From Leucoraja ocellata (lineage: Eukaryota), in the NCBI GenBank assembly GCA_036785375.1, contig JAWMAR010000463.1:868001-932000 (forward strand): DNA of 64,000 bases, written 5' to 3'. The notes beneath the pieces are model-generated. The model made no database searches, was not told where the DNA came from, and saw only the letters and a list, made by a program, of their open reading frames with translations. Positions 35,969-49,400 of this stretch are shown in pieces (the first letter of the stretch is position 1; each line of letters starts with the position of its first letter). Made by a program: the position numbers and the translations under genes.

Positions 35969-37062
35969 AAGTGTGACAATATAAAATATTTGCAAAGATG
36001 GTACAGTTTAAATAATGAGCTGCTGGAATCAAAGTACATGGGGATGGCCCTGAGGGTGGATTTGTTTGTTACCCAGTGTTTCCTGATCCCTTGACTGGGG
36101 GAAAAAGCTACTTGGCAGTACAACAAAATCCTAACAGTCAGATAGGTGGAGAAAGTTAATCTGTGGCAAATGCTCGTCTTGAACATTGGATACTTTTAAG
36201 AATCCAGTGAGAGCAGCAAAAAGTGGGTTTTGAGGGGTTTTACAAATGTAGGCCACCTGGAGAATTGTATAGATCTTGTGTACAGAAACTTGTGTAAAAT
36301 AACACTGCTCACATCTGTACATATATGCAGTGGCTAACTGTACATAAAACTGCGGGAACGATGAATGCAACGACTTGTACACCAGTTTTGCTGACATTTT
36401 GTAGTTTTTTTTGTGGAATTTGGCAGCATGAATATTTTTATTTCATATGCACTACATGGTTCCTGAGCAGGCCTGTGAATAGTGACCAGTAGGTAGTAAT
36501 TAAGCAGGCAACTCTGTACTGGGAATGTCGTGTATATACTAGATTTGATTTAATGCTGGGAGCAAGAAATAGCAGAAAACACAAAACTTTTTGTTTGGAA
36601 AAACTAGGTCAAATTGGATCCAGTTTATTGCTATTAAGCTGGGAACCAAGTCTTCAATGTGAAGTCATCCCTACTCGTTGACCCTGAAGACCACAAGGAC
36701 TGCTTGGATTGGATGGGGATAGGGGAGACGGGCTTGAATTTGGTAACTTTCTTTTTGCAAAAGGTTGGTTGAGTGCTTTGGAGTTGTAAATTTGCTTACC
36801 AGTTTGACGTGAAGGCCCCCATTACCCGTACAGATGAGATGTTGCCTCCAGTGTTCAGGAAGTAGTGTTTTTTGTGCCTTTTATTTTGGTTCTGTGGCTA
36901 AAATGCTATCTTTACTCCTTCACCTCCCAAACACAATTTAATGTACTGTCCCTTCACCACACTGTAAAGCTCTGCTTTGCATTGTTCAGTAATGTGATCC
37001 ATGTCTGCTGGAATTTGTTGTTTTAGGGAAGGGAAAAGCACAAAGGTGATTTTCAAAATGAT

Positions 37063-37068
37063 AATAAA
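37063..37068 (+). terminator. Likely EIF4ENIF1 polyadenylation signal (3'UTR about 1.1 kb)
   Basis: First AATAAA I found after the stop codon, followed by GT/T-rich sequence. Confidence 0.55.
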
Positions 37069-39398
37069 ATATCAATTCAATGTTTAAGTGTCTTCCAATT
37101 AATCTAAGTTGATGTTTTTCCCAAATTGCAATACACCTTTTAATTTAGAATTTTGTCAGTGCTTTGGAAAAATCGGTCCCAAGCCAAGGCAAAATATCGA
37201 CGTGCCAACTACAAAAGTGGATGCAAATACCTCCATGTTTAAACAAGTGGCTGTGTAAATGTGCTGCACATATGGGATCTGATATCGGGACATCAATCGT
37301 GAAGAATGACAAACTTTCATCAAGATAGTATCTTCAGCATCCTGCACTTTTAACTAGTAATTACTAATGTCAATAGGGAGTCAACTATGCAGAGCAGTGT
37401 TACAATGAAGCAGCTGTGGTTCAAACTGCCCAAAACCTGAGTGACAGTAGACACACAAAAACTGGAGTAACTCAGCAGGGCAGGCAGCATCTCTGGAGAG
37501 AAGGAATGGGTGATGTTTCTGGTCGAGACCCTTCTTCAGACTTGTGAGAATGTTTTTCTTAATAGTGCCACAAGTGGTCACATTAAACTGAGGGCAGGAA
37601 GTTGGGGCATTAATATTTTTTTAATGGTACAGTAACCCAGTACTGCACTAGTATAGTTTAAGCTCTACATTCAGAGCTTAACTGTATTCTGATTTAGGTA
37701 TTACTATTTAAAGATCTACAGCTTAAAGGGATGTGTTTCCCTTGAGACTCGAAGCTTTGTTGAACTGATCTCAGCGGTACTTAACAATACAATAACTTGT
37801 CAGACCTGTTACCAATAATATTACACTAGATATATTACAGATTAGTTTCCTGCTTTTTCTTTGCAGTCCTTCTTAAATACAGGCACAACGTTAACCATCC
37901 TCCAGTTGCCCAACACCTTGCCCATGTCTAACGATGATTCATTTTTCTCAGCCAGGATTCCTGTAATTTCCATGGAAAGGAACTGCAGATGCTGGTTTAA
38001 ACCAAAGATAGATAGAAAACGCTGGAGCAACTCCAGCAAAATGCTGGAGACCCTTCAGATTAGAGTTAGGGGAAACATTTCTCTTTCCTCTGACTCTAGT
38101 GTGAAAAAGGGTCTCGTCCCAAAACAATAGATAGATAGAGTTAGAGTGCTAGGGGCTAGTGGAATCAAGGGATATGGGGAGAAGGCAGGCACGGTTTATT
38201 GATTGGGGACGATCAGCCATGATTGCAATGAATGGCGGTGCTGACTCGAAGGGCTGAATGGCCTCCTCCTGCACCTATTTTCTATGTCTTTATCACCCAT
38301 TCCTTCTCTCCAGAGATGTTTTCCTGCTGAGTTATTCCAGCATTTTGTGCCTATTTCCTGCAATTTCTTCTCTCTTCTCAGTGTTCTTGATTTCCATTAA
38401 CATCCATGTTCCTTAGTCTTCATGCCTTTCTCCCATTAAATCAGGAGAAATATTTGTTGAGAACCTTTCCCATCTTCTGTGGCATTACAAGATTACTACT
38501 TTGGTTTCTGAGGGGCCCTATTCTCACTCTAGTCAATATTTTCCTTTTCCCTTAATAGGCTAATAAAATCTCTTTAGATTCTTCTTAATCTTATCTGCCA
38601 ATGGTATCCCCTGCTTTTTTGTCCTCCTGATTTCCTGAAATATTCTTCTCAATCCCCTATCCTTCCCCGTGGATACACAATCCCAGGTGTCTATCTAAAC
38701 CATGCTTTTTTTCCTGACCAGGAGCTCAATTTCTCTCATCCATAGTTCCTTACCTGACTTCAGTTTAGTTTATTTTCACATGTACTGAGGTACAGTGAAA
38801 AGCAACCTACTCCAATCAACTTTTGCAAGTTCCTATCTAATACCACCAAAGTTAGCCTTGTCCCAATATAGAATTTTAAGTTGTGTAGCAGCCCTGTCCT
38901 TATCCATAACTATTTTATAGTGAATTGTTCTCCAAAGCCATCAATTCCCTGATCTTTAGAAATAGTCCACTTTGTGTTGGCCTCCACAACCCTTCGCACG
39001 AAGTTGTTATCTTTAAATATTTTAATGACCACCCCCTAATTTTATTACTATATACCCTAATTTGATAGTATCCCTCTAACGGAGACATCAAACCTAAGGA
39101 TCGTGTGCTTCAGTAATCTTCCCCAGACTATCCTAACCATGCTCTCGTACCATGCAATTTCCATTCTTTAGATTCATGATCATGTTGGAATCCACTACAC
39201 CATTCTGCCTTAATGAAGAATTCTATCATGCTTGCTCCCCCTAGTGGAACCAGATGTATTAATGTTTTTTTATTACCCAGTGTCAGATGGCCTACTTTCT
39301 AGATGGCTTGTCAATGTATTGATCCAGAAAATCATCCTGAGTCTACTTCAGCAAATCCCCCTCTCAGTCTTACTATTAATTTGGCTAGCCCAATCAGT

Positions 39399-40248
39399 TA
39401 GGTATGTTACAAAACGTACCTGAATCGTGGCTGAGCATCTGCCCCTCCCCTTGTGTGTGATTTTGGAGCTGTTTGGAGGGGGCGGGTTTAAAACCCGATT
39501 TTTACTAGGCTGTTCCAATCGCAGATGTTCAGCCTAGTAAATCATTAACGGAGAATCGCTGCAAGACCCGGTCCCAAAAGCTATTATTAGTTTTATAGGC
39601 CTCGAAGAGTAGATATAATAAATTTAAAAGCTCTCGTTCATTCCGCAAGCTCTGGCAGCCCCAGGGTTTTATAAAGCAAACAATTAAAGGTATGTACCTT
39701 ATTTTTACATTAAATGGGGCATGTATATAACCCTATAATTATAATTTTCTATAGCGAGTAGCTCATTTTGGGCTTTTTATATCCCCCAGTATTTTTCTCG
39801 GCATTTGAGGGCACTAATCCAGCGCGCTGTCAACATTCTAAACCTGCGCGTTCCACATGAACCCACTAGAAAACCGATTTATTTACAGCAATTGAACGCT
39901 AAATTCCTTCCATTTGGCCTATAAATTAATGTAAATTAGATATAAAAATCATGTTATATTGTGAATTATTTGTGAATAATCTTTGGACACTTAGGCTATT
40001 TAAAAATGTTAATCTTTCCTTAAGAAATGTGCTTTTGACTATCTAAGATCACAGCTTTTTTGTAATGCCCATTGAAAATCAATAGGGAACAAGATGCTAA
40101 TTTCCGAGTATGAAAATGGTCATAACTTTTTTAATACTTGAGATATGAAAGTGAATTTGGTGTCAAATTAAACTTATTGTTATGCTTTATCTGATGGGAT
40201 AAATTGCAGACTTGATTTTTTAAATCTCAAAATTTTGTAACATTGCTA
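39399..40248. mobile_element. 850-bp non-autonomous TIR DNA transposon with 7-bp TSD AATCAGT
   Basis: Termini TAGGTATGTTACAAAA / TTTTGTAACATTGCTA; AATCAGT at 39392-39398 and 40249-40255; no transposase ORF. Confidence 0.72.
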
Positions 40249-43200
40249 AATCAGTGCGTGGATTAGTCATCCATAATTAATTATGACCCTTACTGTCTAT
40301 ATTCTAATTGCCCAATTATGGCATTCTGAACATTACCACTACTGTTTGTTTCTGTACAACTCGTACAACTGTTAATTGCCTTGATATCTGAACTGACACA
40401 AATATCTACTAATTCCATAAACCACATCATTACACTTGGTGTTTCAGACTCCTGACTACATTTTGATTTTGAAGGAAATTGGGTATGCTGCAAGTGATCC
40501 AAATATTTAATCTAAAATTTTAACTAGAACATATTATAAATCTGTTTCTATTGCTTTCACCAGTCTCAGTATACTGGTCATGATCTGCAAGTTGAGTTGG
40601 GTAGAGCTAGGGTATTTAGTGAGAAGCTCACAATGGAGGCTTCTATGTATACTATTCCCAAACTAACAATTTTAAGTGTCCCTCAGACATTTAACTGAAT
40701 TGTCAAGGCCATGTCCAATATCAAAAATGACTAGCAAGATTCTTGAGCTAACAAAGTGCTGGGGGAACTCAGCACATCAGGCAATAGACAGACAATATTT
40801 CAGATCAAAAGGGTCTCGACCCGAAATGTCACCCATTCCTTCTCCCCAGAGCTGACAAATGCCTGTCCCGCTGAGATACTCCAGCGTTTTGTGTCTATCT
40901 TCAGTTTAAACCAGCATCTGCAGTTCCTTCTTACACATTTCAGATTAGGAACCGTATTCAGGCTTCAGTGAAACTCTGCTGAATTTCAATACGGTCACAT
41001 CTTAAACTTAGAAAAGCTTGTGTTACACTATTTCTTCGATATTTTGCAATTTAAGGCAGAAATCGGCACTTTCAATCCTGCCTCGTCCAAGGCTTGCTTC
41101 ATGTTTTCAGCAATTCCTCTTCCACTGGGGTCTCAGATAACTTAAGTGCCTTTACTCATCAAATGTCCATTTAATCCTTTCTAAATCTTTTTGCAGTTGG
41201 ACTTAACACATCCAACTTTTAACCAATAGTCTGTATGAAGGATGTTGGTTTAAACCTTAGATAGACACAAAAAGCTGGAGTAACTCCGGGGTTGAGCAAC
41301 ATCTCTGGAGAAAATGTATAGGTGACATTTTGGGTCGAGACTCTTCTAAAGACTTCACCTATTCCTTTTCTCCAGAGATGCTGCCTGATCCATTGAGTTG
41401 CTTTTTAATCAATGGGATTTTTTTTCTTTCAAAATTATTTTCATGGGTATGCTTTCTTTGAGCATTCCAAATCAATGCATCAAATGAAAGAAGAAATTTG
41501 AGCCAATATTCTTTCATGGGTTCTGAAACAATACCTTCATGGGTTGAAATTATGTTACAAGTTTGAAGTATGTTTTTAGGCAAGGCAAGGATGGTGATAA
41601 TCACATGAGCCATTGGCAAACCACATAGAAGTGATCAAAAATCTACAGCAAAGGAAAAATCTAAATAGTTATCTCACTTCTGCTATTCCACTGCAGGTCG
41701 CATTCATTTATTTTGTGAAAGGCACTATAAAAATCCACACATCCTTTCTGTGTGTATTCTATATCAAATTGTTTCTCTACTCAACCCAAAAAATAAGTTT
41801 AATTGGTTTTGCTAATAGAATGTTTATCAATTACAATTAGTTCTGCTGCTCTGCTCTAACAATCTTATTTTCAGTTTCAAAATGTCCCCACCCCCCCCCC
41901 CCTGACCTTCCGGCAAACCCCATTCATAATTGCACCCAACCAAATTACATTGTAACCACATTTATTTCTGTAGTTGGATGCAATGTCATCTGGAGCCTAA
42001 CCTGCGATTAAAGTCAAGCACAATTGTGCTGTATTCAAGCTCTGTGCCTCCAAATCCCTTTAATAAAAATTATCTTAATTGCAGTGAACTTCCTTAGATG
42101 ATATCTTTGCCACAGGGTCAGTACTAGAAACACCCAAATGGCCACACAACTCAACAGCAGTAGGGACATGAATGCACCAGAGAGCAGGTGAAACTGTTTC
42201 ACCATAAAGTGCTGCTGGACTATTTCTAGATAAACTGGTTTGTTGATGTCAATGCTACTGAAATTGTTATCACTTGTTTTGACTACACTTAAAAGGTGTT
42301 CTGGGCAGTATTGCTGTCTTACAGCACCAGAGGCCTGGGTTAAGATTCTGACTTTGTGTGCTGTTGGTACGGAGTCTGTATGTTGCTCCAATTTCCTCCC
42401 ACACTCCAAAGATCACATTCTAAACAATTAAATGTCTCATACAATTCTAAACTCAGTTGCACACAAATTTAATTACGTCAAATTAATGGATCTGATTGTC
42501 TCTCTTTAGTTATTTATTTCCTGGAACGCTAGAGAGAATTACTTTTTGCATGGTTTTCAATAGCCTGATAGCTAGCTCTGAGATGAGTACAAGGACTAGA
42601 ATATTTTTTTGTGAAAAATACACTCCATACCATCTTGGTACAGTTTGAAATGTGTGTCTGTATGAAAATCTGCACCAAAACAGTGCTGCTTGACACACTT
42701 TCTCTTCTTCCCCCCCCCCCCCCCCCCCCCCCCCCTTACACGTGGCAGATTAACAGGGTTGGTTTCTTTAGAGCACTCGCATGAATACCAGCGACAGCAG
42801 TTAATCCATGTGCATATTGGGGAAGATGACTAATTAAATGATAAATTGTACAGAAAAGTCAGGGTTATTGACACTTTTGTGCAGCAATTTTGACACTCCT
42901 AATCATACGAGGAAAAATATGTTCAAGATGCCACTTTGCTCTTCAATAAACCCCTGTACATTGGGAGAGCAACCCGAATCTTAATTTCAATTAGTAGTGT
43001 ATTTGACCATCTCTTTGCAAGATGTTATAGAAGCAATATTATTGCTACTTATTGTAATACTGTCAAAACGCTAGGTACAGTTAATATTCCATTCTAGTAC
43101 TCAGTTGCAATGTTCCAATAGTCTTTTAATGGATGAATTGTACAATTGCATTGGAAAAAGTCTTTTGTTTCCACGTGTAACCATTTTGGATGAAACACTG

Positions 43201-43324
43201 GCTGCAGTTTGGGCAAAGGGAGGTGCACAGTCCCAATCCTGACACGCAGAGTGTGACAGAAATCAATATCATCAGGGAAACAGGATAAAGGAACTTTGAT
43301 GAAGAATGAAAATCATGGCCTATT

Positions 43325-43424
43325 TTACTTCTTGACTATCTGAATTACATCCTCGTCTTCCATCACATGGTCCTTGCCAACTTTCTGTGGATTGTATTTC
43401 ACAGAGGCACCCCACACCAAAGCA
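43325..43424 (-). CDS. DRG1: DRG1 exon 9 [32 protein letters not shown]
   Basis: AG acceptor; TAA stop at 43327-43325. Confidence 0.95.
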
Positions 43425-46400
43425 CTGCAACAGGAAAAAAAAACTAATTACCAAAAGCACTTCCTGACACATTCGGCATGTTGCATCTCGCATTTTATAT
43501 CAAACACCTTGACTATGATCACAATTGAAGAAGGATTACTTACTATTTGAATTCCTTAATTAGGTTTTTATGAATTTTCATGCAGAAATCCTCAACTGCA
43601 GTTTTCCTATGTGGTAGCACAACAGGGGAAGTGTAATCAGGTAACTGCCCCTTGGGTTTTGTGTAACTGCAACAATAACATTTCAAACCATTTATCATCA
43701 TCGCATACCAACAGTAAAAACAAACTATGTGAATCAGTCATCACTCAAAATGTTACCTACATGCGAACGAGTTGCAAGTAGTCCCACAACCTTTCCAGGA
43801 GATCATCAAAGTTCCAACGGTGATGTGCAGAAATTGGTACGCAGTGTGGTATTTTATAAATTACATCCAGTTCCTCCAAAGAGATCTGATCTATTTTGTT
43901 CAGAACATAAATGCATGGCATGTACACCCTGAAGTGGAGAAAACAGGACTTTGAGTCTGCGCATTAGTCCAGCCAAGGCTTGCCAACGCTCATATTATGC
44001 AGGCATGGAATTACTTAAGCTAAAATATCATACAAGTATATTTTTTAAAAATTATAAAATGACTATTACAATTCTGGATGTTCAGTTAATGGCTTACAAT
44101 CTTTTATAATATATATATACTGCACAAAGTAATACAAGGATGAACAAAAAATAAAGTGAGAATGGATTATAAATTGGAAAATCTTACATGACTAAAATTA
44201 TGGAAGATTTAAGTATTAGAGGGAGCAGTGAATGAAAATATGAAAAATAATTATATCCAGATTTTCAATCAATGAGACAAATGAATAAGTTCAGAGAATG
44301 CACAGCCGGGAAACACATGGCAGAATGGATTGAGAATAAAAGTAAAGTGTAAGAGTAAAATGCATTTATTTGTAAAGATGATGTGTTCCACAGCTCTTCA
44401 CATTTACATTAACGATCTGGAATCAAGAATAAATTGTCAAAATTTACAGATTATACAAATTAGGGGCTTGGAAATAAGAATGCCAACAAATTACTAGTGG
44501 ATTGAATTGCTCCAACAAACCAAAGACGTACTTATTGGTAAATTAATTGGCCAATGTGCGTTATCCCTACTGCAGGTGAGTGCACTGTGCACCCTAAATT
44601 CAGTTCAAAATATTATAGGATGGATATGCAGGCATTAGTGAGGGCCCAGGAAAGGTTTACAAAAATCATCCCTGGGATAGACTAGAGAGGTTATAGCTGT
44701 TTTTTTTCAAAAAGGCTTAGCGTAAATTTGTTAGAAGGACACAACATGATGAGAGATCTGGGCAATGTGGATAGTGAGACAATTACCCTTTAATCTTTCA
44801 GCAATCAGGTAAACGACCCACTGACAAAAATCAGTGTGTCTCTATGGGAGATGAACATTTTAAGATGGGTTAACAATGCATTCTGAAACTCGAATATTAA
44901 TAAGCATTATGAGATCAAAGACTCCATCCCCTACTCCAAATTCCTCCGCCTACGCCGCATCTGCTCCCAGGAAGAGACGTTCCACACCAGGGCATCGGAA
45001 ATGTCCTCGTTCTTCAGGGAATGGGGATTCCCCTCCACCACCATAGATGAGGCTCGCACCAGGGTCTCATCCATATCCCGCAACACTGCTCTCTCTCCCC
45101 ATCCCCGCACTCGCAACAAGGGCCAGCCGGCAAATACAACAAATAATCCTCCGCCATTTCCGCCACCTCCAACGTGACCCCACCACTCGCCACATCTTCC
45201 CATCTCCCCCTATGTCTGCCTTCCGCAAAGACCGCTCCCTCCGCAACTCAATTGTCAATTCTTCCCTTCCCTCCTGTACCACCCCCCTCCCCGGGCACTT
45301 TCCGTTGCAACCGCAAGAAATGCAACACCTGTCCCTTCACCTCCCCCCTCGACTCCATTCAATGACCCAAGCAGTCGTTCCAGGTGCGACAAAGGTTCAC
45401 CTGTATCTCCTCCAACCTCATCTACTGCATCCGCTGCTCTAGATGTCAGCTGATTTACATCGGGGAGACTAAGCGGAGGTTGGGCGATCGTTTCGACGAA
45501 CACCTCCGCTCAGTCCGCAATAACCTACCTGAACTCCCGGTGGCTCAGCATTTCAACTCCCCCTCCCATTCCCAATCCGACCTCTCTGTCCTGGGTCTCC
45601 TCCATTGCCAGAGTGAGCAACACCGGAAATTGGAGGAACAGCACCTCATATTCCGCCTGGGTTGCTTGTGTCCGGATGGCATGAACGTTGAATTCTCCCA
45701 GTTTTGCTAGCCCTTGCTGTCTCCTCCCCTTCCTTAACCCTCGAGCTGTCTCCTCCCATCCCCCTGCCCTCGGGCTCCTCCTCCTCCCTTTTTCCTTCCT
45801 TCTCCCCACCCCCCATCAGTCTGAAGAAGGGTTTTGGCCCAAAACGTTGCCTATTTCCTTCGCTCCATAGATGCTGCTGCACCCGCTGAGTTTCTCCAGC
45901 ATTTTTGTGTACCTTCGATCTTCCAGCATCTGCAGTTCCTTCTTGAACACTGAGATCAATGCTTTATTGGGTTAGAAGCCCAAATACGTCAGAAAATAGG
46001 AGCAGGCCATCTGGCCTCTCAAGGTTGTTTCGCATTCAATATAATCTGTCCCAGGCCTCAACTCCGATGCCAGTTCTCCATTGTCCTCAATTCACCAGTG
46101 TCTAAAAATGCATCTATCTCCTATTTAAATAACTCTGGTGATACCCCAACATTGGGGTAGAGATTTCCACAAATTCACCCCTCTCCACAAGAAGAAATTC
46201 CTTGCAGTAATTTTTACACGATGGCCCCTGTTCTCATTCAACAATGTCTCGTCATTCAAGATCCTCCTTTTAGAGGCATCATCTCAACATCTACCCGGTC
46301 AGTCTCCCTCCGGGTCTCATATGTTTCAATATGATAGTCACTCATTCTTCTAAACTCCAAAGAATACTCATCTAACACTTATAATCATTCATGATAGAAC

Positions 46401-49400
46401 AGCCCTCTCATCCTAGGAATTAGCCCAGTGAATCTTTTTGGGCAGCCTCCAATTCTATTACATTATTTCTTAAGTAAGGAGACCAAACTGCATAGTTCTG
46501 ATGAAATATCTTCTATGTGTTGTTAACTTGGTTTCTCCTTTAACAGATGCTGCCTGGACCTGCTGAATGTTTACAGCAGTTTATGCTTTTATTTCAGCCT
46601 CTGCAGGTTTTTGATTTCCACATACACAGTAGTCAAGGTGTGGCTTCTCTATGGCAACAAAGGTCACATTGCCATTACTTCACACACAAGAGCACCCAGA
46701 TCCCTCGTTTACAGTCTCTCACCATTTAAATGATAATCCGTCTTTTGAATCAAGGGCAACACCTGATGCAGATGCTACTGCAGAATGCTTACCGATTACC
46801 TTCAACCACATCTATCAGGTCATCCGCTGTTGAATCGCCTCGTAATGTGATGTCAGCATTGTGGATTTTATATTCAGCGAGGATACTTTTCACAGTTTCC
46901 ATGTCCAGTTCAGACTGTCCACACTGTAGAGCAAATCAGAGTAAAATGGATATACAAAGGTAACAGCGCACATCATTCTCTGAGATAATGCAGTTTTGCT
47001 CGGTGATAAAAGCTGGACATCGGAAGACGAAACATCGATCAGTTAATTCTTCACCTAATTTCCATGACCAGTAGATAGTTGCAGATTTGTGCTACTTCAG
47101 CCCTCTTGGATGTTCTTTTAATGTTAACATTTTAACCTATTTTTTGTAGGTCAGTCAGGGCATTTGTCTGGGAAGCTGGAGTTAATTCTGTACAGGAACA
47201 GGTGAAAAATCAAGGCTTGGCATAAAATTAATCTGTTGGTTCTACAAACATATTGTGGAGACACAAGGAATTGCAATTGCTGGTTTTAAAAAGACAAAGT
47301 GCTAGAGAAACGTAGCAGGTTAGGCAGCATCTCTGGAGAACATGGACAGGTGAAATTTCAGATTTCAGGCTGACTGTAGTAGGCAAGAAAAGGCAAGAAG
47401 AAAGGCAGGCCAAATATCAAATATTCAAAATAAAAGCCTCCAGAATTGCAGTAAATGCAGGCCAGTCAGTTTAATCGCAAAGGGTGATGAAAGTTTTATA
47501 ATACAGATCGCACCGGTAGTCAGAATCGAACCCGAGTCTCTGGTGCTGTAAGGTAGTAGCTTTACAGCTACGCCACCGTGCCGCCCTATGGATCATGGAT
47601 GGGTCATTAATATCATTGATCATTGAGTTCCTGCTTATCTTATGGGTACAGCAAATATATGCTTAGAAATGTAAAAGGTTCATTTTACCTGCAATCTTTG
47701 CTCATTTGAATCATACACAAATGGCTTGAAAAAAACCCCAAATAAATTTACCAAGCATCCATATACGAATATTATAAATGAAATTATAAAAACACAAAAT
47801 TAATGGATAATACAACACTGTAACCCAACTGTATAAAATAACCAAGAATATAACCAATACTAAACAGCTGTTTAAATCAATCCAATGAGATGAAATTACA
47901 TCTTCATCCCTAGACCACCCAACATTGATCACAGGTTCATGCAATTCTGATCCAATGTCAACCTTTTAAATAATTTCTTGTCACCTACCGTAGATGTCAG
48001 ATTAATGCCTCCCTTATCCTTCTTCCTGAACCCGATGTTGGGAGGCTGCTTGTTAAGCCGGATTCCAAAGCCTTCTACTTCATTCTCAATTATCTTCTTG
48101 TGTACCAGAGGCTTCAGCACATCGAGTACGATCAGGATTAGGTTACAGGTCCGAGCGACTGAGATAGAGGAAGGAAACAAACACACTGAGTTTACAAACG
48201 GATCCTTTGAAAAAGAGACAAAGTTTATATTTACCATTCCCAGAGAAAACTTCATTGTTGATAACACTGTAATAGGCCAGATCTCAAACAATGATGAGAT
48301 GGAGTAAAGGAAGGAGACTGAATGCTGACTGACATGGTATCAAGATATCAACCTCTCCAGCAAGATGAAGGGACTAGTTAACGACTTCAGAAAATGACAT
48401 GGTCAGTGCCCCAGTCAGCATCAATGGTGCTCAAGTGGAGATGTTAAAGAGCTTTAAGGGCCAACCATGTGGAACCTACAGCCAAGAAAGAACATCACAC
48501 TTCTACTTCTACTTCAACCCCCCACCCCATTCAGTAACTGTATTCTGCAATCTGGTATGTTCCTCTTGGCACTACCTGGTGTGATTGTATATGGTTTGAT
48601 TGTTCCCATATAGTACGATTTGACAAGCTAGCAAGAAACTGTATCCTGGTACACGTGGCCATAATGAACCAATACCAAGGCAAGAATTACAGGTTACTAG
48701 ATTCCTTGTCCTGCACACACAATTTGCTGGGATATATAATGAAGTGTTCAGAACAGTTCTTTACTGAAAAATGAAATTAATCTTTTGTCATATATTAAAA
48801 CACGCAACCTACCAGCAATAACCTGTCGCCCACGGCCTTTGCCATCTTTGGCTCCCTCAATGATACCTGGAAGATCAAGCAGCTGGACAGGAATACAAAT
48901 ATGGTTAAATGGTGAGTGTCCAAGATAAATTAAAATATTGTGCAAAATCAAATGAAAACCCCTCAAATTCTATCCCAACGTGGTCTTCCACCGTCACTAT
49001 AATACATAGTCCGTCTGTCCACTGTCACTGTAATACATATTCCATCTACAGCACCTATCTATCATTTCCAGGTGACAAGGAAATCATTCCTTCGTTAGTT
49101 CAGCTCTAATTTCAAGAACATGCTTGTGTTCTGTACAAACTTTAAAATAATTTTACACAATGTATTTAATCAGCATGTTTGTGGGCCAGTATTGCTGTCT
49201 CTATCACACAGTTAAAGCGCAAATTTACTGAAGGTGACAAGTGTCATCATAGCCAAGTATTTTCTGTTGACTGAAATAAACTAAGGCTCCTTAAATGCAC
49301 CAGCAGACGAGAAAATGGGCTGACATTTGCAATACCAAGCTCACAATGACTATGTTAATATGTTTGGAAGGATAACCATTTTTTTTTAACTTAACCATGC

